A stretch of 64,000 bases of DNA from positions 7,341 to 71,340 of the forward strand of contig CAMYVX010000002.1 of assembly GCA_947302535.1 (NCBI GenBank). The letters run 5' to 3'. Position 1 is the first letter of the stretch; each line of letters starts with the position of its first letter. Positions 51,705 to 61,691 of the stretch are shown one piece after another. The translations under genes and the position numbers were made by a program. The notes beneath the pieces are model-generated. The model had not been told where the DNA came from. It saw only the letters and a program-made list of their open reading frames with translations, and did not search any database. The DNA comes from an uncultured Bacillales bacterium. Lineage in GTDB: Bacteria; Bacillota_I; Bacilli_A; RFN20; CAG-826.

Positions 51705-53129
51705 ATGAATTTTGAAGCTGTCATCGGACTTGAAATCCATGTGGAGATGAAGACCAAGAGCAAGATGTTTTCTAACGCTCCTGTTAGTTTTGGTGATGAT
51801 CCAAACACCAATGTTGTTCCTTTAGACATGGCTTATCCTGGAACCATGCCAGTAGTTAATAAACAAGCTGTTATAAACGCTATTAGAGTGTGCCACGCCT
51901 TAAATATGGAAATTGATCACGAGTTATGGTTTGATCGTAAAAACTATTTCTATAGTGATTTACCAAAAGGATTCCAGATTACCCAACAATTCCGTCCTAT
52001 TGGTAAAGAAGGATTTTTAACCATTCAAACCTCTCAAGGAGAAAAAAGAATAAATATAGAAAGACTTCATATGGAAGAAGACACTTGTAAGCAACTTCAC
52101 TCTTGGGACTGTACATTGCTCGATTATAATCGTGCTGGTATTCCGCTTGTGGAAATTGTTTCTAAACCAGATTTAAGAAGTGGTGAAGAAGCAATGAAAT
52201 ATGCAGAAAAGATTCGTTCAATTGTTTATTTCTTAGATGTCAGTGATGGCAAGATGGAAGAAGGGTCTTTAAGATGTGACGTTAATATTTCGCTAAGACC
52301 AATTGGCAGCGAGAAATATGGCACTAAAGTTGAGATTAAAAATCTCAATAGTTTTGTGAATATTCAAAAAGCTGTCGATTTTGAAATTAAACGTCAAAGC
52401 CAAATCTTATTAGCCGGCAAAGAAGTCAGACAAGAAACAAGAAGATTTGATGAAGCCACTAAACAAACAGTATTGATGCGTGTTAAGACTGATGCGGTTG
52501 ATTATAAATATTTCGTTGAACCTAACATTACTCCAATTAAACTAAGTGATGAATTTGTTGAAGCGGCAATTAAGAGTTCTCCGGAATTAGCAGGAGTAAA
52601 ATTAGCTCGCTATTTAGCGATGGGATTAAATGACTATGATTCAAATACTCTCATTAGTAATAAAGAGATTTGTGATTACTATGATAAAGCTTGCGAGAGC
52701 GGAGCTAATCCAAAACTCGTCGCTAACTGGGTCATAGTGGATGTCCAAGCTATTTTAAATAAAGATGGCATTTCTATTAAAGATTTCAAAGTCTCGCCTT
52801 CACATTTAGGCAAACTTATTCAATTAATTGAACAAGGTAAAGTTTCTAATAAACAAGGAAGGGAAATTTTTGTTAAGATGCTTGAAAATGATGAAGACCC
52901 AGAAGCCCTTATGAAAAAGATGGGAACTACTTTAATTAGTGATGAAAAAGAATTAATGAATGTCATTAATGAAGTTTTAGAAAATAACCCACAAGCAATA
53001 GTGGATTATAAAGAAGGCAAAGATAGAGCGGTTGGTTTCCTTGTGGGCCAAATTATGAAGAAAACACAAGGAAAAGCCAATCCTGCTTTAACAAATAAAT
53101 TAATTGTAGAAGAACTAAAAAGGAGATAA
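51705..53129 (+). CDS. gatB: Asp/Glu-tRNA amidotransferase subunit B
   Basis: VIGLEIHVE, RKNYFYSDLPKGFQITQ, DYNRAGIPLVEIVSKPD. Confidence 0.97.
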   Translation: MNFEAVIGLEIHVEMKTKSKMFSNAPVSFGDDPNTNVVPLDMAYPGTMPVVNKQAVINAIRVCHALNMEIDHELWFDRKNYFYSDLPKGFQITQQFRPIGKEGFLTIQTSQGEKRINIERLHMEEDTCKQLHSWDCTLLDYNRAGIPLVEIVSKPDLRSGEEAMKYAEKIRSIVYFLDVSDGKMEEGSLRCDVNISLRPIGSEKYGTKVEIKNLNSFVNIQKAVDFEIKRQSQILLAGKEVRQETRRFDEATKQTVLMRVKTDAVDYKYFVEPNITPIKLSDEFVEAAIKSSPELAGVKLARYLAMGLNDYDSNTLISNKEICDYYDKACESGANPKLVANWVIVDVQAILNKDGISIKDFKVSPSHLGKLIQLIEQGKVSNKQGREIFVKMLENDEDPEALMKKMGTTLISDEKELMNVINEVLENNPQAIVDYKEGKDRAVGFLVGQIMKKTQGKANPALTNKLIVEELKRR

Positions 53130-53132
53130 GTT

Positions 53133-54149
53133 ATGGCAATTTTAGTTACTGGTGGAACTGGGTATATTGGTTCCCATACTGTTGTTGATTTATTAGACCA
53201 TAGTTATGATGTTGTGATTGTGGATAATTATGTCAATTCCAAACCAGAAGTTTTGAATAGGATTTTTAAAATTACTGGTAAAAAACCAAGATTTTACAAG
53301 GTTTCTGTTCAAGATGAAGCAAATTTAAGAGAAGTGTTTAAAAAAGAACATATTACTGATGTCATTCATTTTGCGGGATTAAAAAGCGTTGCTGAATCAG
53401 TTGCCAAGCCTCAATTATATTTTGATAACAATGTTGGTAGCAGCAAAGTTCTTTTAAAACTTATGAGAGAGTTCAATGTTCATAATATTGTCTTCTCTTC
53501 TAGCGCAACAGTGTATGGTGTCCCTGATCATGTACCTTTAAAAGAAGATGATAAAGTCGGTGGCTGTACCAACCCATACGGACAAACAAAATTGGACATT
53601 GAATTTATCCTCAAAGATTACGCCAAGGAGAACAAAGATGCGAATATTGCCATTTTAAGATATTTCAATCCTATTGGTGCTCATCCATCAGGCTTAATTG
53701 GAGAAGATCCTCAAGGCATTCCAAATAACTTGATGCCTTACATTACTCAAGTTGCGGTTGGCAAAAGAGAAAAACTTAATGTCTATGGTAGCGACTATAA
53801 AACCATTGACGGTACTGGTGTGAGAGATTATATCCATGTTGTCGATTTGGCTAGAGGCCATTTATGCGCTCTTCGTAAATTAGAAGAAAAACCAGGACTT
53901 GTTATTTATAACCTTGGTACTGGAAGAGGCACCTCTGTTTTAGAATTAGTTCATGCTTTTGAAAAGGCAAACAACATTAAGATTCCTTATGTCATCTGTG
54001 ATAGAAGACCTGGCGATGTTGATGAGAATTATGCTGAATGTTCTAAAGCCGAAAGAGAGATGGGCTTTAAAACTAAACTTGATATCGTTGATGCTTGCCG
54101 CGATTCTTGGAATTGGCAAAAGAATAATCCTAATGGATACGATAAATAA
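53133..54149 (+). CDS. galE: UDP-glucose 4-epimerase
   Basis: TGGTGYIGSH, FSSSATVYG, YGQTK, LRYFNP, RDYIHVVDLA. Confidence 0.96.
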   Translation: MAILVTGGTGYIGSHTVVDLLDHSYDVVIVDNYVNSKPEVLNRIFKITGKKPRFYKVSVQDEANLREVFKKEHITDVIHFAGLKSVAESVAKPQLYFDNNVGSSKVLLKLMREFNVHNIVFSSSATVYGVPDHVPLKEDDKVGGCTNPYGQTKLDIEFILKDYAKENKDANIAILRYFNPIGAHPSGLIGEDPQGIPNNLMPYITQVAVGKREKLNVYGSDYKTIDGTGVRDYIHVVDLARGHLCALRKLEEKPGLVIYNLGTGRGTSVLELVHAFEKANNIKIPYVICDRRPGDVDENYAECSKAEREMGFKTKLDIVDACRDSWNWQKNNPNGYDK

Positions 54150-54151
54150 TT

Positions 54152-55054
54152 ATGGAATCAATTAAATTAACTTTAAAAAATGGGCTTGTTTTAAAAGGAC
54201 TCAAATGGGTTGTTGATACTCCTTCCTTTAATGTTGTTATCGTGGAGGGTATGGAAGAACATACTAGTCGATATGATGATTTTGCTCATTATTTAAATGA
54301 CAATCACATTAATGTCTACGCGCTGGATGCTTTTGGACAAGGCGAGAACGTTAAAGATGATTTAAGTAACCGTGGAGTGTGGCCCAAGGATGGCTTTGCT
54401 TTGCAAGTTGAAGGCGTTCACGATTTAGTAGAAAAACTTAAGAATGAAACCAAGCTACCTACATACATCTTTTCTCATAGCATGGGCTCGTTTATGGGGC
54501 AAGAATACATTCAAAGATACCCAGGCCATGTCGAAAAGATTGTTTTATGTGGCTCTGGATGTAAAAATCCAGCGATAGGACCAGGCTATCTCATTGCTAA
54601 AATGTGTAACACAAAAAAGAAAACACATAAACCCGCTAAGTTGCTTGCTAAATTGATGTTCGGCTCTTTTAATAAAAAGATTAAAAAACCGAGAACACCA
54701 TTTGATTGGCTTTCATACAACGAAGAAAATGTTGATAGGTATATAGCGGATCCACTTTGTGGATATGGACCTAATAACGGCTTTTGCTTTGAGTTCATTA
54801 AAGGCATGAAGAATCTTCATCATAAGAAAAGGCTAAAAGGAATTGATAAGAAACAAAAAATCTTCCTTATTTCTGGAGATGGAGATCCTGTCACTAATTA
54901 TGGTAAAGCCGTTAAGAAAAATATGAAGATGTATGAATCATTAGGAATCAAGACTATTAAAGAAAAAATCTACAGGCATATGAGACATGAAATTCTTAAT
55001 GAGAAAGATAGAATTAAAGTTTATAAAGACATTCTTGATTTCTTCGTTTATTAA
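54152..55054 (+). CDS. Alpha/beta hydrolase (lysophospholipase-like)
   Basis: GMEEH..RY, SHSMGS, GDGDPV, RHEILNE. Confidence 0.88.
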   Translation: MESIKLTLKNGLVLKGLKWVVDTPSFNVVIVEGMEEHTSRYDDFAHYLNDNHINVYALDAFGQGENVKDDLSNRGVWPKDGFALQVEGVHDLVEKLKNETKLPTYIFSHSMGSFMGQEYIQRYPGHVEKIVLCGSGCKNPAIGPGYLIAKMCNTKKKTHKPAKLLAKLMFGSFNKKIKKPRTPFDWLSYNEENVDRYIADPLCGYGPNNGFCFEFIKGMKNLHHKKRLKGIDKKQKIFLISGDGDPVTNYGKAVKKNMKMYESLGIKTIKEKIYRHMRHEILNEKDRIKVYKDILDFFVY

Positions 55055-55075
55055 TTAAGGATGTTTTATAGAGGT

Positions 55076-55152
55076 GCGCCTGTAACTCAGCTGGATAGAG
55101 TACCATCCTCCTAAGATGGGAGTCGGACGTTCGAATCGTCTCAGGCGCGCCA
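55076..55152 (+). tRNA. tRNA-Arg(CCT)
   Basis: GCGCCTG acceptor, anticodon arm CCATC-ctCCTaa-GATGG, TTCGAAT T-loop, encoded CCA. Confidence 0.95.
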
Positions 55153-55223
55153 AAATAGGTAAAAACAATTAGCAAGAAAAACTATTGTTTTATTAAAGTG
55201 TTTGTCTTAAAATACTTCTTGCT

Positions 55224-55299
55224 GGGTCTGTAGCTCACCTGGGAGAGCGCCTCCATGGCATGGAGGAGGTAGCCGGTTCGATCCCGGTCAGATCCACCA
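55224..55299 (+). tRNA. tRNA-Ala(GGC)
   Basis: G3:U70 in the acceptor stem, anticodon arm CCTCC-atGGCat-GGAGG, TTCGATC T-loop, encoded CCA. Confidence 0.95.
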
Positions 55300-55612
55300 G
55301 AAATATGAATTTTCCCCGGTTTTTATACCAGTGAAGTATAATGAATCGGGGATTTTTATATGGTACGTAATGCTCAATTTTGGTTAATGATTATCCATGA
55401 ATTCCTGATTCATTTTAAAAAGGAAGAATTAATGAGGAATAGGAATAACCACAGTACTACCATTAAAAAGAAGCCCGATTGGTATTGCTTTGTTCCGACA
55501 AAGGCTGGACAACTCTTGATATGCAATATTACTACAACGATGTTGAATTATATACTTTCACCCATAACATTTAACTTATTCCTAAAACGGAATTAAAAAA
55601 CAAATATACATA

Positions 55613-55641
55613 TTTACAATATACCGAAAACGGAATAAAAT
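55613..55641 (+). promoter_or_regulatory. Putative promoter of HTH-trpB
   Basis: TTTACA (55613-55618), 17 bp, TAAAAT (55636-55641); RBS GAGG before the ATG at 55661. Confidence 0.6.
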
Positions 55642-55660
55642 AATTCTGAGGTTTTTGTTT

Positions 55661-57076
55661 ATGAAATTTATGAGTGTGAGCGAAGCAAGTAAGAAATGGA
55701 ATATTACCGATAGAAGGATTCGCTCTTATTTAATGGATGGAAGAATAGAGGGTGCTTATAAAGCTGGTAAGTCTTGGCTTATTCCATCTGATGCGAAGAA
55801 GCCATCTGACTTAAGAAACACATATCAATTTGATGAAGTGAATATTAAAAATAATAAGGAAATGGATTTCACTACATATTTAAAAAGATATCCAGACGAA
55901 AAAGGATATTTTGGAAAATACGGTGGAGCCTATTTACCTAGCGAATTAGAAAAAGCCTTTCAAGAAATATACGATGCCTATTTAACTATTTGTAAATCTT
56001 CTGATTTTATTTCGGATTTAAGAAAGATTAGAAGAGATTATCAAGGTCGACCAACACCGATTTATTATTGCCGTCGATTATCTGAATCTTTAGGCAAAGT
56101 TCAAATATATTTGAAAAGAGAAGATTTGAATTATACAGGTTCCCATAAGCCAAATCACACAATGGGTGAAGGATTATTAGCTAAATACCTTGGTAAAAAG
56201 AAACTTATCGCGGAAACAGGAGCGGGATCTCATGGGACCGCGGTTGCCACAGCTGCTGCTTATTATGGACTTAAATGTGATATTTACATGGGTATTACTG
56301 ATATTAAAAAGCAAGCTGCTAATGTTTCAAGGATGAAGATACTAGGGGCTAGAGTAATTCCTGTTAAACATGGCGCTGGAACATTAAAAGAAGCAGTTGA
56401 TGCTGCCTTTGAAGCTTATCTTAAGGAATATAAAACAGCCTTGTACTGTATAGGTAGCGCTGTTGGTCCACATCCATTCCCATTAATGATTAGAGATTTC
56501 CAATCAGTTATTGGAATTGAAGCCAAGGAACAATTTAAAGAAATGACTGGCGGCCTTCCCGATGTTATTTGTGCCTGTGTCGGTGGTGGCTCGAACTCAA
56601 TTGGTATGTTTGCTCCGTTTTTAAATGAGCCAGTAAGAATCGTTGGAGTTGAACCTATGGGAAGAGGAAAGAACCCAGGAGATAATGCCGCCTCTATTAC
56701 CTATGGCTCAGAAGGAGTTATGCACGGATTTAATTCTTTGATGCTTAAAGATAAAGATGGTAACCCAGGCGCTGTTTATTCTGTTGCTAGTGGGCTTGAT
56801 TATCCGGCGGTTGGACCAGAACATGCTTTTCTTCACGACTTAGGAAGAGTGGAATATGATTCTGTTAGCGATGAAGAAGCCATTGATGCTTTCTTTAAAC
56901 TTTGTCGATTAGAGGGCATCATAACTGCTTTAGAAAGCGCTCATGCCGTAGCTTACGCCATTAGGCTTGCCAAAAAAATGCATCACGGATCAATTCTTGT
57001 TAATCTTTCTGGACGCGGTGATAAAGACTTAGATTATATTATTGAACATTACGGAAAACAATATGGAATAGAATAA
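55661..57076 (+). CDS. trpB: Tryptophan synthase beta subunit fused to an N-terminal excisionase-type HTH domain
   Basis: Residues ~1-55 [17 protein letters not shown]...[16 protein letters not shown]...KP.D.R; then [44 protein letters not shown]. Confidence 0.9.
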   Translation: MKFMSVSEASKKWNITDRRIRSYLMDGRIEGAYKAGKSWLIPSDAKKPSDLRNTYQFDEVNIKNNKEMDFTTYLKRYPDEKGYFGKYGGAYLPSELEKAFQEIYDAYLTICKSSDFISDLRKIRRDYQGRPTPIYYCRRLSESLGKVQIYLKREDLNYTGSHKPNHTMGEGLLAKYLGKKKLIAETGAGSHGTAVATAAAYYGLKCDIYMGITDIKKQAANVSRMKILGARVIPVKHGAGTLKEAVDAAFEAYLKEYKTALYCIGSAVGPHPFPLMIRDFQSVIGIEAKEQFKEMTGGLPDVICACVGGGSNSIGMFAPFLNEPVRIVGVEPMGRGKNPGDNAASITYGSEGVMHGFNSLMLKDKDGNPGAVYSVASGLDYPAVGPEHAFLHDLGRVEYDSVSDEEAIDAFFKLCRLEGIITALESAHAVAYAIRLAKKMHHGSILVNLSGRGDKDLDYIIEHYGKQYGIE

Positions 57077-57234
57077 AATTCATTAACCTCCTAATAAAGC
57101 TAATCGCCATTATCTAATTTCCTTTATTATGATAGTGGTGATTTTCTTTTTTGCAAAAATAACTGTAATTTTGGCCCATTAAAATAAAAAAGCGAATTAA
57201 TCGCCTTTCATATTAATTAATGCAGATGATGCAA

Positions 57235-57942
57235 TTACTTAACCTTAATATTGCATTTATCAACAAGGAGTTTCAGGAGGTCTATGTCCTCATCTGTTGT
57301 CACTTTAAAGTTATTATAATTCCCTTCAACTAGATAAATTTTTATGCCTTCGTTAAAGACCAAACGACTATCATCAGTGACATTGGTATCGTCTTTATTA
57401 TTTTTGTGAGCTTTATAGATATCTTTGAATAAAAATGTTTGAGGAGTTTGGATTTCATAATAGTCTTCTCTATTTGTGACTTCTTCAATTTCCTGGTGAT
57501 TTTTACTAACTACAATTGTGCTTTTTAATGGTACTGCAGTAACTGCACTCCCTTTACTTTTAGTCGCTTCTATGTTCCTTGTAATGATGTCTTCATCGAC
57601 TAGACCACGCGCCATGTCGTGTATAAGAATAATCTCATTTTCTTTAATGTTGTGTTGCTTTAAATAATCAAGAGCGTTAGTGGCAGATTGCTTCCTTGTT
57701 ATTCCTCCTGCTATGATTGTGGCGACCTTTTGAAAATGATATCTCTCTACTATTTCTTTCATCTTGGAAATATCATCAAGAGCACTCACGATAAAGATGC
57801 GCTCAATAAGTGGATGTTTATTAAACGTAGAAATTGTATAGGCCGCGATTGGAGTTTTATTAACTTCAATAAATTGTTTTGGCATAGGAGAGGATTTAAT
57901 TCTATTTCCTTTCCCTCCGGCAAGAAGGATTGCAATAGCCAT
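57235..57942 (-). CDS. IspD/TarI-family cytidylyltransferase
   Basis: LLAGGKGNR, PKQF, IHDMAR, QTPQTF, TDD, NFKVTT. Confidence 0.9.
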   Translation of the reverse strand: MAIAILLAGGKGNRIKSSPMPKQFIEVNKTPIAAYTISTFNKHPLIERIFIVSALDDISKMKEIVERYHFQKVATIIAGGITRKQSATNALDYLKQHNIKENEIILIHDMARGLVDEDIITRNIEATKSKGSAVTAVPLKSTIVVSKNHQEIEEVTNREDYYEIQTPQTFLFKDIYKAHKNNKDDTNVTDDSRLVFNEGIKIYLVEGNYNNFKVTTDEDIDLLKLLVDKCNIKVK

Positions 57943-57943
57943 A

Positions 57944-58792
57944 TTAAATTCTATGCTCCTTCATATATTCCTCATAACCTTGTGTTAATGAGACGCCTTT
58001 ATGATTATGATGGCCAACGCGTTGTTTAACTTCTGGTGGATTCATATAATCTCCATAACAACGAGTTAAATACAAATCATATTCTTTGATTATCGATACT
58101 TCGATATCTTCAAAAGGGACTTTGATATATTCATTGAATATATGTGATGGCATTATTTGATTTGCTAAAGGAAATGCAGACATATTTCCAGAAAGAGCGG
58201 CATTATCAATTGTTAGTTTTCTCATTATCTTATCGGCGTGACGATTTTGATAGTGGGCGATATTAAAAACATAGAACAAAGCGCCAACGATATTTAAGGC
58301 GATATCTTTAAAGAATGTTCTTTTATGAACTTTGCGTAAAAGAGCAGGGAAGAAACTCATAAAAAAACATGCCCAAACTCTTTTTGGTCTTCTAGTAGCC
58401 TTCTTTACTGGCTTATCCTTTTTGCTGATGCCATCAATGGGAAAAATATCAATCCACACTCCGTGATTGATTCTATGATTAACAAAAAAGTTTTCTATGT
58501 AAGTGGTAGAACTATCTCTTAACTTTGCGAAATTATAGCAGTAGTGAGGATCGCTTTGCCAAGTTTGAATAAAATAAGGGGTACCTTCATATTCATATTG
58601 GAGCTTGATATATTCATCATAATCCTTTCTTGGCATCATGATGTCGACATCGTCATCCCAGGGGATAAAACCTTTATGTCGGATAGCTCCAATTGCAGTA
58701 CCGCCTTCTAAGGAATATCTAAGATGATGCTTATCGCACACTCTAATGAATTGTTTTAAAATTTCCAATTGTTTCTTCTGCAACTCATTCAT
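57944..58792 (-). CDS. LicD-family phosphotransferase
   Basis: GGTAIGAIRHKGFIPWDDDVD, WIDIFP, YLTRCYGDYM. Confidence 0.92.
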   Translation of the reverse strand: MNELQKKQLEILKQFIRVCDKHHLRYSLEGGTAIGAIRHKGFIPWDDDVDIMMPRKDYDEYIKLQYEYEGTPYFIQTWQSDPHYCYNFAKLRDSSTTYIENFFVNHRINHGVWIDIFPIDGISKKDKPVKKATRRPKRVWACFFMSFFPALLRKVHKRTFFKDIALNIVGALFYVFNIAHYQNRHADKIMRKLTIDNAALSGNMSAFPLANQIMPSHIFNEYIKVPFEDIEVSIIKEYDLYLTRCYGDYMNPPEVKQRVGHHNHKGVSLTQGYEEYMKEHRI

Positions 58793-58972
58793 ACATATAT
58801 CTTAACAAAAACATTTATGTTTTGGTATATTTTTGATAAAAATGTGAAAAACCAGGCAAAAATAGTCATTTATCTAAAAATAACGGGTTTTTGCAAGCAT
58901 TTTTGTATTTAACTATTGTTTTTTCGTTCGTGTGCGCTAAAATTAATATCAGTATAGAAGGAGTTTACCTAT

Positions 58973-60532
58973 ATGAAAAAGAAATTTAGAACACCGTTTA
59001 TTGTTCTGACAATTATCTCTTTTGTCTTACTCGTTGCCTTCATTGGATTGTATTTGGGTTCCTTCTTTGCATTGTTCTCCGGAGCTGATGGCAAAGATAT
59101 TTTCGAATTCATTTTCAAGATTCCATCTGATGGTTTTGTTAAGGCAATCACATTCCAAGATTTTCTTAGTGAAAAATTCACTATCATCAACTCTGTTTCG
59201 TTGATCGTTTTCTTGGTCTTAATTGTTTTAGGAATTATTTTAAGCATTGTCTTAAATAGAAAGAAAGCCAGCGCGATTGTTTGGACTTTAATCTCTTCTA
59301 TTTTAATTGCTGTTCCTGCTTTATTCTTATGTCCAATTTTCTTAGACACATTAACTGTCTTTGAAGGTGAACCAGACGCTATCGTGAGAGTCTTATTCAT
59401 CTGTGTCTTTGTGTTTGGTATTCTTTATCCAATCATTGTCTTTGTTAATTTATTCATCGCACATGCGTACGTTAAAGAATGCTTAAAACCAGTTGAAGAT
59501 GCGCCTCTTGCTTTAGGCGATTCTGATTTCGCCGAACCAGAACCAGTGGAATATGAACAACTTGATGTTGAACCAGTTCCTACTTTCTTACCTGAACCAG
59601 AACCAGAACCAGAACCAGCTAAGGCTCCAGAAGTCTTAGATGCTAATTCTCTTGCTTCTGTTTTAAAAGATGTTGTTCGTGAAATCGTTCGTGATGAAAT
59701 TGCACGCAATAACGCTAATAATCAACGCGAAGAAAAAGCTACAACTGATAATCACAGTATCGTTGGTGCGACCTTCGGTGGACCATTAGTCGTTCAATAC
59801 TTTGGCAGCTACAATCCTGTTGCTACTCCAGCACCTGCTCCAGCTCCAGCACCTGCACCAGAGCCAGCACCAGAGCCAGCACCAGAACCAAAACCTGAGC
59901 CAAAGCCAGAACCAGCTCCAGCACCTGCACCAGAACCAGAACCAGCTCCAGCACCTGCACCAGAACCAGCTCCAGCACCAGAGCCAGCACCTGCACCAGA
60001 GCCAGTGGTCGTAGTTGTTGAACCAACTCCTGCTCCAGCACCAGTTGAACCAGCACCTGCACCAGAGCCAGCTCCAAAGGCCCCAATTGTTCGTATTTCT
60101 TTCCAAGAAAGAATTGTTGATGCTGATAAAGATATTCAAGATGCATATAACGAAATTAAAAATGAAATCTTATCCTATGGTGTAAAATCCCGTGTTTCCT
60201 CTAGTGGAGATACCTTCAGATTACACCGCAAGACATACGTCAAAGTTACTGTCGCAGGTAAGAGTTTGAAATTATACTTCGCTTTGAATCCTGATAACTA
60301 TCGTGATTCAACTATTCCAGTTCAAGATGCCGGAAATAAGGACACATATGCCGAAATTCCTCTCGTCTTTAAGGTCAGAAGTGGTTTATCCTTAAGAAGA
60401 TGTAAACAACTTATCCAAGATGTCATGGAAGTCGATCACTTAGAACAAAAAGAAGTCGAAACCGTGAACTGGGTTAAAGAAATTAAAGCCGAGTTAAAAG
60501 AAAAAGCCAAAGCCGAAAAAGCCGCTAAATAG
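58973..60532 (+). CDS. Membrane protein with Pro/Ala/Glu-rich linker and C-terminal globular domain
   Basis: Four N-terminal TM helices, (PA/PE)n region, C-terminal SFQERI...IKNEILSYG...GKSLKLYFAL domain. Confidence 0.85.
   Translation: MKKKFRTPFIVLTIISFVLLVAFIGLYLGSFFALFSGADGKDIFEFIFKIPSDGFVKAITFQDFLSEKFTIINSVSLIVFLVLIVLGIILSIVLNRKKASAIVWTLISSILIAVPALFLCPIFLDTLTVFEGEPDAIVRVLFICVFVFGILYPIIVFVNLFIAHAYVKECLKPVEDAPLALGDSDFAEPEPVEYEQLDVEPVPTFLPEPEPEPEPAKAPEVLDANSLASVLKDVVREIVRDEIARNNANNQREEKATTDNHSIVGATFGGPLVVQYFGSYNPVATPAPAPAPAPAPEPAPEPAPEPKPEPKPEPAPAPAPEPEPAPAPAPEPAPAPEPAPAPEPVVVVVEPTPAPAPVEPAPAPEPAPKAPIVRISFQERIVDADKDIQDAYNEIKNEILSYGVKSRVSSSGDTFRLHRKTYVKVTVAGKSLKLYFALNPDNYRDSTIPVQDAGNKDTYAEIPLVFKVRSGLSLRRCKQLIQDVMEVDHLEQKEVETVNWVKEIKAELKEKAKAEKAAK
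59820..60078 (+). repeat. Low-complexity coding repeat (CCAGCA/CCAGAG/CCTGCA units encoding PAPAPE)
   Basis: Tandem hexamer codon pairs; they explain the spurious minus-strand ORFs here. Confidence 0.9.
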
Positions 60533-60674
60533 GTTTAATCGGATAACTTAATTCTCTATACTGGTGAATTAAAATAAAAATAAGGTATATCATTGATATA
60601 CCTTTTTTATTACCTCTTCTTTTGGAAGGTTCTTTATGATAATATCTTTGTTGATTTAAGGAATAAAACAAGAA

Positions 60675-61691
60675 ATGGACCCTCTATCGTTAACTTGGTT
60701 AATAATCATTGTTCTCGTTTCTTTTGTCTTATTTTATTTAGCTTTATTAGAAAAGTCCTTATTACTTACTAATCCTTATAAATTACAAATCAAAGCCGAC
60801 GAAGGCCATAAGAAGAGTAAGAGAATTTTAATATTACTTAATAAAATAGAACGCTCCTACGCGACTATTCTTTTACTTAATGTCATTGGTTATGTTTGTT
60901 TAACAATTCTCCTATTCCTATTGTGCGAGAAAGCATGGCCATATTTAAATCCAATCACTATTGGTTTTATTGTGTTCGGCTTCGTCTTTTTAATCGGTGG
61001 ATTAGTTTTAAAATTTGCGCCCCACGCAATAGCAAACAATATTCCTGATACTATTACTAATATTTTTTACTTTCCTTTATTTATTTTGACTTATGTCTTT
61101 ATCCCTTTATCTAGCATTTATGAATGGCTATCTTATTTGTTTATTAAAAAGAAGAAGCAGATTCCTGAAGAAGAACTCAGTGAAGATGAATTACAAGACG
61201 CTGTTGAACAGATTTCTGATGATGGCTTAATTGAAGAAGAACAAGGTGAAATCATTCAATCTGTTTTAGATTTTGATGACACTAATGTTAAAGAGATTTT
61301 AACCCCTAAAGAAAAGATATATTGCCTTGATATAAAAGAACTTGAAGAAGGGAATGCGCAAGATATTCTTTTGAAGTGTCCTTATTCCCGTATCCCTGTT
61401 TATGAAGATGAAAAAGATAATTTCATTGGCATTTTGCTGATAAAAACGTACTTTAAAGAGATTTGTCTTCATAATAAGGTGAAAATCCGTGGCATCTTAC
61501 AAAAGCCATATTTTGTCTATTCTCGTATTATGATTGATGAGCTTTTTGATGGATTTAAAAAACACCATACACATATTGCTCTAGTTAGAGATAATAAGAA
61601 GCAAGTTATTGGCATGGTGACTATGGAAGATGTTCTTGAGGAAATAGTCAGCGGTATTGCAGAACCAAATAAACAAGGAGGAAAAAGATAA
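60675..61691 (+). CDS. CNNM/hemolysin-family CBS-domain membrane protein
   Basis: DUF21-like TM region, YSRIPVYE, HTHIALV, VTMEDVLEEIV; lacks a CorC tail. Confidence 0.85.
   Translation: MDPLSLTWLIIIVLVSFVLFYLALLEKSLLLTNPYKLQIKADEGHKKSKRILILLNKIERSYATILLLNVIGYVCLTILLFLLCEKAWPYLNPITIGFIVFGFVFLIGGLVLKFAPHAIANNIPDTITNIFYFPLFILTYVFIPLSSIYEWLSYLFIKKKKQIPEEELSEDELQDAVEQISDDGLIEEEQGEIIQSVLDFDDTNVKEILTPKEKIYCLDIKELEEGNAQDILLKCPYSRIPVYEDEKDNFIGILLIKTYFKEICLHNKVKIRGILQKPYFVYSRIMIDELFDGFKKHHTHIALVRDNKKQVIGMVTMEDVLEEIVSGIAEPNKQGGKR

Noticed and set aside
55300-55600. Imperfect hairpin after tRNA-Ala and ORF 55360-55596 as an island remnant
   Set aside because: The hairpin is explained as a terminator or processing signal. 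The ORF has no motif or clear RBS, and I saw no duplicated tRNA 3' end.
59786-60146. Trp/Cys-rich, Gln/His-rich and Leu/Val-rich ORFs in alternative frames
   Set aside because: Artefacts of the PAPAPE codon repeat in the 519-aa gene.
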